From Octopus sinensis (lineage: Eukaryota), in contig NC_043020.1 in assembly GCF_006345805.1 (NCBI RefSeq), forward strand, positions 20,274,001 through 20,338,000: DNA of 64,000 nucleotides. Direction: 5' to 3'. Of this stretch, positions 1 to 12,507 are shown one piece after another (the first letter of the stretch is position 1; every line of letters starts with the position of its first letter). The notes beneath the pieces are model-generated. The model was given only the letters and a program-made list of their open reading frames with translations, had not been told where the DNA came from and did no database searches. Position numbers and translations under genes: made by a program.

Positions 1-128
1 GCCTCCATGCAGTTGCATGTTTGATGCAACAGTCAGGTATTGTCATTATATGTTTATACATCAATCTCATTCTTAGGGTTACCAGCAGCAGGTATATCTA
101 CATATACATATCTATCTATGATGTATAT

Positions 129-488
129 TCTTTTATTTGTTTGCCCTTTTGACTACAATCATACTGGGGCACCACCTTTAGTCAAGCAAATTGACCCCAG
201 GACTTATTCTTTGTAAGCTGAGTACTTATTCTATCAGTCTCTTTTGCCAAACTGCTAAGTTACGAGGATATAACCACATTAGCATGAGTTGTCAAGTGAT
301 GTTGGGGGACAAACACAGACACGCAAACATATATGACGGGCTTCTTTCAGTTTCCGCCTACCCAATCCACTCACAAGGCTTTGGCCGGCCTGAGTAAGAA
401 GACACTTGCCCAAAGTGGCATGCAATGGGACTGAACCCAGAACCATGTGGTTGGTAAGCAAGCTACTTACTACACAGCCACTCCTGCA
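129..488 (-). mobile_element. tRNA-derived SINE family A (central TA/TG microsatellite). Further copies at about 1468-1848(+), 22250-22480(-), 43005-43200 plus 44375-44520(-), 48300-48657(-) and 57150-57355(+).
   Basis: The same blocks recur in all copies (ggttcagtcccactg..tggcacctt..gcaagtgtcttctac; aaactgaaagaagcccgtc; ggtgctccagcatggcc), with a tRNA-like head. Confidence 0.85.
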
Positions 489-1615
489 CCTACATATGTT
501 TTAGATATATATATACTTACATGTGTATGTGTGTGTATACACACACACACACATATATCCATACAGAAACCTGTAGACACAAGAGATGCAGTGACAACAC
601 CAGCCAGGATGCACATGATGCTTAGTTCCTAAAGGAACTGCCCTATTTCCAACATTAACATGTGCCTACATACATACGTAGTATAACAGATATGGTACTC
701 AAAATGCAACAACTATTATTTCGGTAGCATGGTCTGATCACTCTGTGTCTTAATGAAGCAACACCTCACTATCAATGCATCTTCCTTTTGCAAACACTTA
801 ACCAAATGTTGCAACACTATCAAAGAGATAGATGCCTCCATACTAGACTAAGAGAAGAACACAAGAAATCTGATCAACTGCCTCAACCTGAAAATCAATA
901 GTTGATTAAAGATGGGCAAGTGGCTCCTATCAATACATCACAGCAACTAAGACCAACAATATAGCATACCCCACTAACACCATCTTCCATCACCACTATG
1001 TGAAAATATGTTACAACAATCACAGGTAACAACTTAGAGTGCCACTGCTGCTGCTAACCGAAACAGTTTAAAAGAAATAATGAAATTGAGGTAAATACAC
1101 ATTTCTTAGACTGCTTCCTTCTGAAGCATCTAAAATATAGTTTTGTTTGTCAAACTTTTAGCACTGTTACAAAATTTCTTTATTTCCCTTTTCATTTTGT
1201 ATGTATGTACATACATACATATATATAATGTGTCCTATCATTAAGTATAAATGTATATATATACAGATGTGTGCAATCATTTTAATGTTCACTTTGAATA
1301 TATCTGAGCCATGTTTGCATGCTTTCTACAGCTGGAAGCCCTTCTTGTTTCCAAGTAAGGAAATATTTCCTCATGGCTAGACATGTTTTTATGTAAACAA
1401 AGGATACTACTTGGATGATGTTTACAACAATTGTACGATGTCAAGAGAAGAAGACAAACACACACAGGTGTGGCAAGAAGCTAACTTCCCAACCACATGG
1501 TGCCAAGTTCAGTCCCACTGCATGGCACCTTGAGCAAGTATCTTCTACTATAGCCTAGAGACGACCAAAACTTTGTGAGTGGATTTGGTAGCTAGAAACT
1601 GAAAGAAGCCCGTCG

Positions 1616-1646
<31 letters not shown>

Positions 1647-1846
1647 GTGTGTGTTTGTCGCTCCAGCTATCACTTGACAATTGATACTAGTGTGTTTATG
1701 TCCCCTGGCAAAAGAGATTGATAAAAAAAAAAGTACTAGGCTTACAAAGAATAAGCCCTGCAGATGATTCCTTTGACTATAACCCTTTAAGGTAGTGCTC
1801 CAGTAATGGCCACTGTCAAATGATAGAAACAAGTAAAAGACTAAAA

Positions 1847-1890
<44 letters not shown>

Positions 1891-2611
1891 TATATATATA
1901 AAATAGAAGCGTAGCTGTACTGCCCCAGGCCAAGCAAAGCTTTGTGGGTGAATTTGGTAGACATAAACTGAAAGACGCATGTTATATATGTATGTGTGTA
2001 CTTGGGCCCAATTGTTTACATGTGCAATCAACAAAAATCAGTAGCTGGAAGTAGTGTTAGTGTCACTTCTCCTGCCAATAAACTGTCTGTTCAGTTCATG
2101 TGAAATAAGGAGTTCCTTATTTAAAAAACAGGTAAAGGTTAGCGACAGGAAGGGGATTCAGTTCTAAATCAATGACTCAATGATATATTCATCTAACTCT
2201 TGCTAACAAGGAAAAATGGATATAAAACAAATGAGTGAAATATTTATATGTTTGTGATGACATACACATCATTTTTACATTTGCTTTTTTCCATGTGGTT
2301 TGGTTTGAGCAAGTCTCAAGTTGCTGAGCTACAAGATATATTGAGTACAGAAGATGTAAACACACCACTGTCACTTAAATGGAGTCAAATGTGAAAACAC
2401 ATGGAAATATTTATGCACACACACAGATATATATACAGCTCCTAAATAGTTTCTCTCTACCAATTTTATTCACAAGCTATTGGTCAGCTACAGGCTATAG
2501 TACAAAACATCTTGCTGTAGGTGCCATGCAATAGGATGGAAACTGAAATCAGGTAATTATGAAGTGAATTTCAGATCAATATATGTGTGTATGTATATAT
2601 ATATATATATA

Positions 2612-4005
2612 TTATATATATATATAAAGATGAGAATGTGTGTGAATCCCTAAAACTCATGAACTGCACAACTGATTTCATTCAATTACCAGTTAATAAT
2701 TATCGCAGCGGTTGCAAGATGTTTACAGTTACATATTAACCCTTAAATTAACATTTAATACATGTGCTTAATATATATATTAAGAAATTTATCTAAAATA
2801 ATTATTGTGGCATTTACCATTAAATTAGCAGTTCATATATGTGCTTCTATTTGGTTAATTTATACTGCATACAAAAATAAAAAACATACTGCATACATAC
2901 ATACAGCTGCTTACAAAAATAGGGAATAATGTATAATTTCTTTTTATGTTTACAATATTGAAAAAAATATGCCATCAAAGAAAAGACGTAATCCCTCCAG
3001 AAACAAGCATAAAGCAAAGACGATTGTAAAAAACCTAAGGCAAGAGTCTGAAGAGAGAAGCGAGATGAAATTTTCTCAAGATCAGCAAAGGCATGCTGCA
3101 GCATGTCATACGGAGTCTCAAGAGAGAAGGGAGATGAGACTTTCCCAAAGATCAGCAAATGCATGCTGCAGCACTTAATGCTAGATCATTAAATCAATGT
3201 TTTAATGATTAGACAGAGGTCCAATAGAATAGCTATCAGAAACAGACTATGTACAAATTTGTTCTTCACTACCCTGAAGGTGTTTTCAGATATGATTCAT
3301 CCCATTCTTATAAAAATGATAACTTCGTCCAAATTGGAGTGTTAAACACAAATTGTCGTTTCTGTAGAGGTTTAAAAATTTCAAATGAAACAAATGGTTT
3401 GTGCTGCTCAGGCTGTCAGGTAACATTGCCAGTACTACCAGCTCCTCCTCAATACGGATCTTCTAGAAGGCACTTCCATCCAGTCAAAGGATTTTCTGAA
3501 CAATATCAGACAATACAACTCTGCATTTCAAATGACATCGTTTACTGCATCTAAGATTATTAAACATGGATTTATGCCGACGTCAAGGTTCAAGGGCAAG
3601 TGTATCACCTCATTGGTTCCCTGTTACCTACAAATAAAAAACCACAGTTCCTCCAAATTGACTTTATGAGTGATGTAGGACAACAAACCTGAAGGAGGTG
3701 TCAAAATTTAAGATGATGGGTCGTGTTAGACACAGTGCCAACTGCTGTAAAAGAGAGTATATCCACTGACAGCTTTTTGATGCATTCAAAAATCACATAA
3801 CCCCACCCCCAATTTTCCATGACAGGTTAGGGCTTGAAATACTCCAAAAAGAGGCATAGCATGTTGCTTAGTCAAATTAACACATCCACAAATGTTTTGT
3901 TGTCAATACTGCACTTTCCCATATCACCTGTTTTAACATAACTGTAATATATTATATACAAACTATGCCATTTTAATTCCGAGCAATGCTGGGTGTCTCT
4001 GCTAG
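2612..4005 (+). mobile_element. Internally deleted Helitron with a RepHel N-terminal remnant
   Basis: Broken frames at 3249-3690 give CRFCRGLKISNETNGLCCSG, NIRQYNSAFQMTSF and VQGQVYHLIGSLLP..KPQFLQI. The 3' end has a hairpin remnant CCGAGCAATGCTGGG, then CTAG (4002-4005) followed by T. The 5' boundary is approximate (TA repeat). Confidence 0.88.
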
Positions 4006-4699
4006 TATACATATGGAAGTGTGTGTGTTATGTTTTGATCTGCCAACAAGAACTCCACTTCTCTGTCTCATCCATTTGGAAGTATAAGAGCTCAGGACCA
4101 TGAATGTTGTACTTTAACTTGAAGTATTGGATCCCTTCTCATAAACCAGCTAATGAGGGAACTGTTGGTTTCACCAGCTAAAACACCACACATCATGCCT
4201 CAACAAGAAATCCAAAATAATTTCTGTCATCCTTCACAGCTGGCTCAGTTCCAACCAAATAACCTGGAAAAAAATTCCCAAGTGTATTGAAGAGTTAGTT
4301 CCCTTACTTACCAAAGTTAATGTCAGAGTTAAGTCACCCACACCCACTAACACTTTACAGTGATCTATGTAAGTCAGCCTTCAATCACATGACCTGGCAT
4401 ATCCAATGAAAGCTCAGCTTACCAGCAACTGACAAGAAATCAACTTTCAAACAATACTCCTCTTTCTGGGGGTGCCCATACATTTAAGCATGTATTTGTG
4501 AGTCTATGAAACTGAGTAATAATTGGTGGGAGGGGGAATTAACTGCATTAAGCTACAAATATATATTCTATGTGATATAGTAATTTTTTCTTTGTACACC
4601 TGTTCGCTTTAATATTCACTCCAGGTTTTTGTTAAGTCTTAGCAAGCACTTAATAGAAAAACTGCCCTTCCCAAATTCCTTGAAGCATATACAGATAAT

Positions 4700-6250
4700 C
4701 TCCATGAAACTTTGACATAACACTGATATAATTAACTAGATGTACAAAAAATCTAGTTCTTTAAGAACTAGATTACTGGTACACCTACTTCTAAATACAG
4801 ATTCAAAGCATAAATGTGTCCCTTACCATGATGAAAGACCTTTGGATTTTCAATTTGCCTCATCAATATGATAACTGGACCTTATTAAAAGTAAGATTTC
4901 AGCCTTGTAATAATCCCTTGCTAAAAGTTCTGAACAACTACATCTCGAAAGTATGCTTCTTCACAGATAAAACAAAGAACATATTGAAACTAGACACTGT
5001 AATGCACAATGGACTTCTAATAAACAACAGCATCAAAATATACAAGAAAACCAGCCCTGCAATATATACTGTACACTAGAGTGTCAGAATTAACTGTTTT
5101 GTTAGAAATAGAAGATTGGTAGATTGCTTTACCATTCAACCCCTGATATAATCTTGAATGATCACAAACCCATTTCCCACTTGAATGTAGGTTAATAAAT
5201 CCTCCCAAAAATGAATGAATATAAACAGTAAGTACATTCTCACTGACATCAGTCTAAAGAGCAAAAGTGCCACAAGGTTAGATCAGTGGAACTGCAGTAT
5301 TGCCATAATCAATAGGTTTCAAAGTACTGAAGACAAGGCCACCTGCAAATTTATTCAACCTGATATTGTGCATTGCTATATTGCGACCATGCCACCTGGG
5401 TCAAAAAATCTCCATGGGGAGTGATCATAGATTCTGATAGAAATGTAATACAGTAGACCTTATGAGATTATCCTTGACATCCCCAAAGATATGAAATTCC
5501 TCTCACATCCCAGGTTTGTAGAGAGATGATGGATTGGCAGTCTCAAGCAACATAGGTGGCCATGCTATTGGTAGATTTAGAAATGTTCTAATAGGCATTT
5601 TTCAAGGAGTTTGGCTTGAAGATAATTATCATCATCATTGAACAATAGCTATTTTTGTAGAGATATACTAAAGCTTAGGATAAGTAAATACCACTCCTAT
5701 AAGAAGCCAAATGGAGATGGTATACATATACGAGCATTCAGACCCTCCACCTTAGCTATAATTAGGAATCTAATAGCCGACATAAGCAGGAGAACCTTAT
5801 ATCTATTTTCTGTTAGGGAAATATTCATCAGGGCTATATCTACTATAAATACAATTTAACCAAAAATGGCTTCAGTGAGAAGTTAGCTCCTGTTGAAAAA
5901 CACCCAACCATTCTATATTCAAGAAGAACCAGAAATAGAAAGTCAGCTGGTTGAATTTACCTCATAGCTTAGATATAACTACCCATATTTCAAGGAAATT
6001 TGAAAAACTTATAAACTGCCATTTCCCAACTACACATAACTCAAATTTTTCAACACATATATTGTTTAGATGAGTTATTTCTATCTGAACATCACTTCCC
6101 AACATTGTATGTTACAAACAATGGTAACTATAGCTAAAATATTAATATCTCAATTGTAAATGTAGAAACCCCAAATGCCAAGATACCAATACAGTTTATC
6201 AATGTACTATATTCACAAATAATTTATTACACATATATATAACTTCCACT
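4700..6250. mobile_element. Highly degraded LINE remnants (APE endonuclease-like on -, CR1-like RT on +)
   Basis: The minus strand at about 5250-5420 gives GDF...SSTDLTL. The plus strand at about 5970-6025 gives ITTHISRKFEKLINCHF. The 15-mer atcccttgctaaaag is shared with the remnant at 20.8 kb. Many stops; boundaries are rough. Confidence 0.35.
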
Positions 6251-6915
6251 CTAATCAACTTACTCTATTACCACAGCCATACATTCAGAAACCTTAATGG
6301 AAAAATATGAAACTTCACTCGCAATTTTATTTGGGAGTTGAAGGAAGAAAGTATTAACTACATACTTAAATCCAGTATAATCTCTAAAGCTACTTCTTAC
6401 GCTGGTGATAAGAGACCATGTAATTCATGCACCACAGAAAGTTTAGCTATCCTATTTACTAAGTGCAACAGGTACAACACATGCCTGGATGAAATGGCAT
6501 CATTCTAGCTGTAGTCATTCTGATTTAAAACAGGCAGTAGTAGTTTCTGGAGAGCTTCTTGGAAATTTGGTTCCTGCAGTCAGTAACATGTCAAATGAGT
6601 ATATAAAAGCTCTCTTACTGGTTCAAATGATAATGTTGTGCAACTAACTGACAACCAATTGTGACTCCTCCCACAGAAAAAAAAAAAAAGAAAAATCCTA
6701 GCAATGTTTTAAAAAACTCTTCTGCAACTGCAAAACTATGTAACATTTTTATAAATGAAAAGCACACAAGAAGTGAAATAAATGTTTCAAGTTTTCTTGA
6801 ATGTAGAAAGGAATCCCAGTGTGAAGTCAAATTATAACTGTAAAACTGATTTTATCAAAATTCTATAAATAATCAACTTACAGCTAAAGCTCTCTTACTG
6901 TGTGTGCACATACAT

Positions 6916-7494
6916 CATCATCATCATCATGGCTTGGCTTCGTGAACAAAGATTAGGAAGGTTGTCCATGTCATCTGCAGGCACACTCATGACTGACAAG
7001 TCCGATGCAGGAAAGGCAGGTCCATGAGCAGTGTCTGCAGATGATGATAACATCTGGTGTGGTGTCAGAGGTGGCTCAGGCCTTCCTCCTGCGTCTCTCT
7101 TCTGTGTTCTTCCAACTCGCTGACTGTGTTGAAGATTGTGTGGCACCAGTCATCAAGGTCCACAGCCAGGTCTGTCCAGCATTGGTGGTCAACATGACAT
7201 GATGAGAGACTTTTTGAGGCAGTCTTTGTAACATTTCCTTGGGGTTCCTCTCTCGCGGTGGCCTGAGAGTTCGCCAAACAGGACAATCTTAGGAAGGCAA
7301 TGGTTCTCCATTCTGGAGACATGCCCTGCCCATTGGAGGTGGTACTTCAATAGCATGGCTTCAATGCTGGGGATCTTGGCTTGCTCCAAAACATCAATAT
7401 TTGTGATGAAGTCACTCCAGTGAATGTTGAGGATGGTGCGGAGACATTGCTGGTGGAAGCGCTCGAGTAAAGAGTCTATTGTCTTTTTCTTGTA
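6916..7494 (-). mobile_element. 5'-truncated RTE (BovB-like) LINE 3' end with (TGA)n tail and 11-bp TSD
   Basis: Frames give LERFHQQCLRTILNIHWSDFITN..VLEQAKIPSIEAMLLKYHLQWAGHVSRM..GELSG.RERG.PRKCYKD and end IFVHEAKP followed by TGA repeats. TGCACATACAT is duplicated at 6905-6915 and 7495-7505. Confidence 0.9.
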
Positions 7495-7800
7495 TGCACA
7501 TACATATCACGTGACTGACCACATTATCAGATGTTGTTACACATTACTGGTCACAATGCACAATGCATTGTTTTAGCCTTCAAATGATGCCATCCTGCTG
7601 GCTAGGCAAGCAGGCCGACATTCTCCTCATTGAAAGTTGAAGCAATGTGAACTGAAATGTTTTGCTCTAGAACACAGCACACTGCCCAGTCAGGGAACTG
7701 AATTCACAATCTAGTGACCATCAGCGTAAAAACCTAACCATTAGGCTATGCACCTAGAGTGTGTGTATGTGTATATATATATACACATATATGTATATAT

Positions 7801-7839
<39 letters not shown>

Positions 7840-10786
7840 ATTTTCAGCATTAAGACATGCTTGTTCTTTTCTCTCTCCTTATCTATTCTTTCTATAGGAA
7901 GGTGTATACTTGAAACATTAAAAACTTCTGATTTTTACCAAGCTTAAACTTAATAAACTTTGTATTTGTACTTTTTTATTTTTGTACTGTATATATGTAT
8001 ATAGTTGACATCATTGCCACAGTTCATGTAGTAGATATGGTAGCAGGTATATAAGGCATATAACTGCAATGTAAAAGTGAATCTAATCTATTACCTAATC
8101 TATTTTATTTTCAGTTTAACCCATTTCATCACTACACTGAGAGGAGTATAAGAATTATACATTCTCATTTTATCTTTCCTTGCTAATCATCATTTCCATT
8201 ACTTGCTCATCTATTAAAGTCCAAACGACCTCTGCTTATACATAGCTAAGTAATATACATATGCAATGAAGATCTGAGTGTACATTTGGTTGTGTGGTTA
8301 AGAGGTTTGTTTCATAATTACATGATTCCAGGTTCAACTCCACAAAACAGGTAAATATTTCAGGTTGATCAATGGATTAGAAGTGAGATTTCGGAAACAG
8401 AAATTAAGCAAAAGCCCACCATGTATAGGCACAGGTATGACTGTGTGTTTATCTAACAAGTGGCATTATTGTTCACCAAATGAAATAAAAATAAAAGTGT
8501 ATTGCTTTGAGCTTAAACTACAAATGTTATACTTGTAATGGATCTAGCTTTCCTCTTCACATCTGGTGTCCTTATATGCAAGATTTTGAAACATGTAATT
8601 GGAGGAGCAGTGACTACAGAGTCCATAATCATAGATCCCCTTCTGCATTGAGCTGCGAGACTTCAGTCAGTGTACATTACAAAAAAAAAATTAAAAAGCC
8701 ATAGGTTGATAAACATTTTTTCTGATATTTCTCTACATTACCATGAATGCTGTAGCTGAGGTTACAGACTTGTTTAAGTGAGAGATAATACATTCATGTC
8801 CATGTCATAATATTATATGTAGCACTGTGAAACCTAATAAAAGCACTGCTTTCTTCAAAATTTACACTGCCTCTATAAACAGAGATCTTGTAAATAAGTT
8901 TCAATGAGCACATGGACATTTTATCTCTTTCAAAAGTACAGTAACACTATTACTTTTCATATCAAAGAAATAGTCAAATTCCCTCTTTAATCATGAACAA
9001 TTCTCAATTAAAACAAAGTCGTTACAAATGTTAGATTTCACAATCTTGGGAGATCTTTTTTGGCAACCTCAGAATAACATAGCTTCTCTTTAGGGCCAGA
9101 AAATACTTGGTCAATTTCTGACCCTCAATAATCCCCTACTAAGATCTGCAATAATAAAGTTACTGTTCACATACCTGTTGTTGTTACACAGAGATCTTGG
9201 GTTACATCCAAAACAAGGTCACCTGACTAACTGACAATGGATTCAATCATCAATAGAACAACCTCTGGCCCATAGGCATACCACTTCCTTTCTATGGTTA
9301 TTCTATCCTTATCATAACTGCCTCTATTCTTCTGAACTAACTAGTTACATACCACCACTACCCAGGTCTGTCGCAATGCATTACATGTGATTCATCGGTA
9401 CAACTGAGTGTGGAGACATGGTATAACAAGACCAACAAAAAGGCAGATCATGCCTAGTCATTTGGCTGATTTGCATGCCCTGGAACTGCTCAAGCAGAGC
9501 TGATCTGAGGTTACACAACAACCCAGGCCTACTCATCTCACCCCTCTCATCACTCCTGCTATGTTAAATGGCTCATGTTCAATACTAACCGCTGTATCTA
9601 ATCCTGTTAATTAGCCCCTCCCTTAACTACACATTACAGTGTAGAATACATTGTGAGTACAGAAGAATTAGTATATGAGTCATACTACAATTTCATATGT
9701 TGTAGTGAGTTATCACTATAACCTTTGAAATACAAAATATGATGTGCTTATTGATTGTGTCGGTTATAATGTGATCTCTATATTATATTACATGATAATG
9801 GAGTGGATCTTTGCAGAAATATTTTAATAAAGAATTCTGACACATGCCAAATGTACAGTCTGATTTCTTATGTTGTTTAATCCCAAAGTAACCTTGATTC
9901 TTTGGTGAGATTAATGTGATTATTTGCAAGATGATGATTGCAGAAAAACCATGAGCATAGAGGGAACTTCAGAGAACTGACATTCTGAGAAGAAAGCACT
10001 CAATAGTGGGTAGTATAAGGTTGAATGAATCGAAACAATATGGGTGTCAAGGGGAAGGTAAATGAATGTGTGAGTGGAAATTGGTTCAGTTCCACATTTA
10101 AAAGTTTCTTAAAGAAAGAGAAGACTAAAAAGAAAAAAAAAAATACTTATCAATGGTTTCAATGGTGTTTAAAACTTTCATCCTAGAACTAGAAAACTGA
10201 TAGCAATAGTGAAATTTTAAAGAAAGAATTAATATACATCAGAAAAACTTAAAGAACATCTAGAATGCATTGCATTGTAGAAATTTGTAAGCATATATAG
10301 ATTGTGTGCAAGCTGGAGAGAAAAAATGCCTGTAGACATACCATAACTACCTATGTATGTCAACTAACCCATCCGATGGAGATGTCTCAAGAAAGTGAGT
10401 AAAACAACCTCATACCAATATGTTTGAGAATTATAGGGAAGTTTTAAAATGGCACAATGAAGGACATAAAAAGATACAAATGAAATGAACAAGAGAGTGA
10501 GTGTGATATATGACTGAGAGGTGTGGAAAAGATCTGAACTGAAAATATACAAAGATCAACAGTTTGCATTGAAACTACTCTATATCAACTGTTGAGAAGA
10601 AACTTTGATTTCATCTTTGATTAATTATTGGTGTAGATTGTTATAATTGCTGACCCTGAAACATCTTTATATAATACCGCAACAGAAAAAATATAAAATA
10701 TCCAAGAGAGCTAGTACAGCTGAATGGTTACTTTGGAATACATTATTTACATTAGATGGAAATTTGTCCTCATCTTGTTTGTTGTT

Positions 10787-10833
10787 AACACAACATTTCA
10801 GCTGACATACCCCCCCAGCCTTCATCAGGTGTC
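10787..10833 (-). ncRNA. Degenerate copy of the same hammerhead (CAGCT-GAAAT instead of CAGCC-GAAAC)
   Basis: Reverse complement reads GACAC-CTGATGA-A-GGCTG(ggggggtatgt)CAGCT-GAAAT-GTT-GTGTT. Two CpG-type C>T changes weaken stem II closure and destroy the ACGT palindrome. Confidence 0.5.
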
Positions 10834-11043
10834 TTGGGGAAATTTTGAACTTGGGTTCTCATTCATAAGGTTTTTTTTAAATATTATTATTATTAAGGTT
10901 ATTGCCTGGAATTGAACTCAGAATCTTGAGGTTAGTAGCCCGCATCTTGTTTGTTGTTAACACAACATTTCAGCTGACATACCCCCCATAACCACTACGC
11001 CATATGCCCACGGAATGAGAATCCAAGTTCAAAATTTCCCCAA

Positions 11044-11089
11044 GACACCTGATGAAGGCTGGAGGTTATATCAGCCGAAACGTTGTGTT
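11044..11089 (+). ncRNA. Minimal type I hammerhead ribozyme motif (Penelope-type, loop-less palindromic stem III)
   Basis: GACAC-CTGATGA-A-GGCTG(gaggttatat)CAGCC-GAAAC-GTT-GTGTT: stem I GACAC/GTGTT, stem II GGCTG/CAGCC, stem III reduced to ACGT, cleavage triplet GUU. There is one extra A after the core. Activity is untested. Confidence 0.7.
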
Positions 11090-11262
11090 AACAACAAACA
11101 AGGTGAGGACAATATCAGTCAAATATAAATAATGTACATAATTCCTCATCTCTTAAATATAGAACTGTACTTTGGAATAGTTTAAAAGATTTAAGCACAA
11201 ACACGACCATAAAATAAAAGGCTTTCGTGTTGAATTTAAAACTAGAAAGTGTTATTACTTAC

Positions 11263-11369
11263 CATCCTGCAAATGTTGCTTTATATTCGGCACATCACTA
11301 CTGTGACATAGATCTTGCAGTCGACGTCCAACAAGGTCTGAGAATTTATTATGGTTTCCTGAGATTTGA
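11263..11369 (-). CDS. NCOA: NCOA exon: PAS-B (QISGNHNKFSDLVGRRLQDLCHSSDVPNIKQHLQD)
   Basis: Acceptor tttttttAG, donor ATG|GTAAGT; 107 nt; phase 2/1 matches the preceding exon; DLVGR...DLCH..D....QHL PAS pattern. Confidence 0.9.
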
Positions 11370-12383
11370 CTAAAAAAAGTGAAAAATAATGAATCAAGGA
11401 ATTTTGTTTTTTACTATATCTAAATTGTTACATAACTTCTATCTATATTTATTTTCTAAATGAAATTTTTAAAAATTATCTAGATATAAAATAGTTACAC
11501 TTCTCAATCTAGATATATTACACATTTATATGTAGATATATAGGAAAACAGTATTAATAAACTTCTCTATCTAAATACACTACAAAACCAACTCATTGCT
11601 AGATCTAGACATTCCAGTTTACAGGACTCATGAACTAACCAACAGCTCCAAATATGTTCCACCTAATGCTAGCAAAAATTCATCTATGGAAATATAGCAG
11701 TAAGTGTTGAAAACAAGGTTTCTGACTGTAAGAAGCACTCTTGCAGATAAAGCTTCTGTGTTTGCTGCTATTCTTTATTCCAACAGCACACTACATACAT
11801 CTGCAACAAATCAAACTCTCCTTTTGTTGCTCTGCAGTCTCACTAGCTACTACACACATATGTCAGTCTTAGTTGTGGTGCACATGCAGAAGGACTGTCT
11901 ATGACAAGCCTAAGTTTAATTATGTTACTGGACACTGAGTACTTCAATTACTCTATTCATTTGTCTGCTAGCAACACAATTCCTGTACACACTCTGTTGT
12001 TGTTACCCTCCCGGAAGAATTTGTACCTTTCCCCCACTACATTATAGGAGCATGACAATAATACATTGCTCTCTTAAGTTGACATTTCCTGGAAGAACTG
12101 GACTTAGTATTGAAAACTTATGAAACAATCATTAATTTTATAGTGCTACTGCTTACAATGATAAGATATACCATCAACTGGCACTTACAGTGAGATGAGA
12201 ATTACATATGGTGACCATTAACACACTGCAGTGATGCTGATAGACTACAAACTATTCAGACTGACATTCTGTTAACATGGTTTTCTCTATTTCAGTAGTA
12301 AAAATAATGAGAACAATTCTAATAGGTGATGTACCTTCTCCAATAACAGATTTATATATAAAAAGGAAAAAATTTTTCCATAC

Positions 12384-12507
12384 CTTGCATCACAGGCAAT
12401 AATTTTTCCATTTAAATCCTGTTTTGTAGTAAATTTTTTCATGGTTGCACTCATCTTATCATGCGTTTTATCCCGCCTAGCTATACAAAGTAAGCAAGAC
12501 TGCCGCT
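12384..12507 (-). CDS. NCOA: NCOA exon: end of PAS-A and start of PAS-B (ERQSCLLCIARRDKTHDKMSATMKKFTTKQDLNGKIIACDAS)
   Basis: Acceptor ttttttatAG, donor AAG|GTATGG; 124 nt; phase 1/2; CL.C.ARR and FTT.QD..GKI...D motifs. Confidence 0.93.

Larger units (their letters stand above)
10741..11167. mobile_element. Inverted composite insertion of a tRNA-headed, hammerhead-bearing SINE (near-full copy on -, 5'-truncated copy on +) with 12-bp TSD
   Basis: TACTTTGGAATA flanks at 10729-10740 and 11168-11179. The A box TGGCGTAGTGG and B box GAGTTCAATTCC lie on - within 11008-10908. Arms 10741-10864 and 11014-11134 are inverted repeats. A 45-nt local duplication (10943-10987 = 10771-10815) interrupts the head. 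Confidence 0.85.

Noticed and set aside
1548-2034. Low-complexity ORFs (YIYIYI, RERERE, HTHTHT, CVCVCV) throughout the ORF track
   Set aside because: They are translations of microsatellites within SINEs and introns.
9175-9222. In-frame 48-nt phase 1/1 cassette exon (GDLVLDVTQDLCVTTT) with a strong donor
   Set aside because: There is no polypyrimidine tract or PAS-B similarity, and it would interrupt the PAS fold. Similar pseudo-exons occur at about 2260-2320 and 6619-6667.
10900-11008. tRNA gene
   Set aside because: A and B boxes are present, but the sequence is interrupted by a 45-nt duplication and continues into a repeat body. It is a SINE head.
1-11262. Next NCOA PAS-B exon
   Set aside because: I found no segment resembling the expected YRF...QTKSK region with proper splice sites. 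It probably lies beyond the window start, although a miss by eye is possible.
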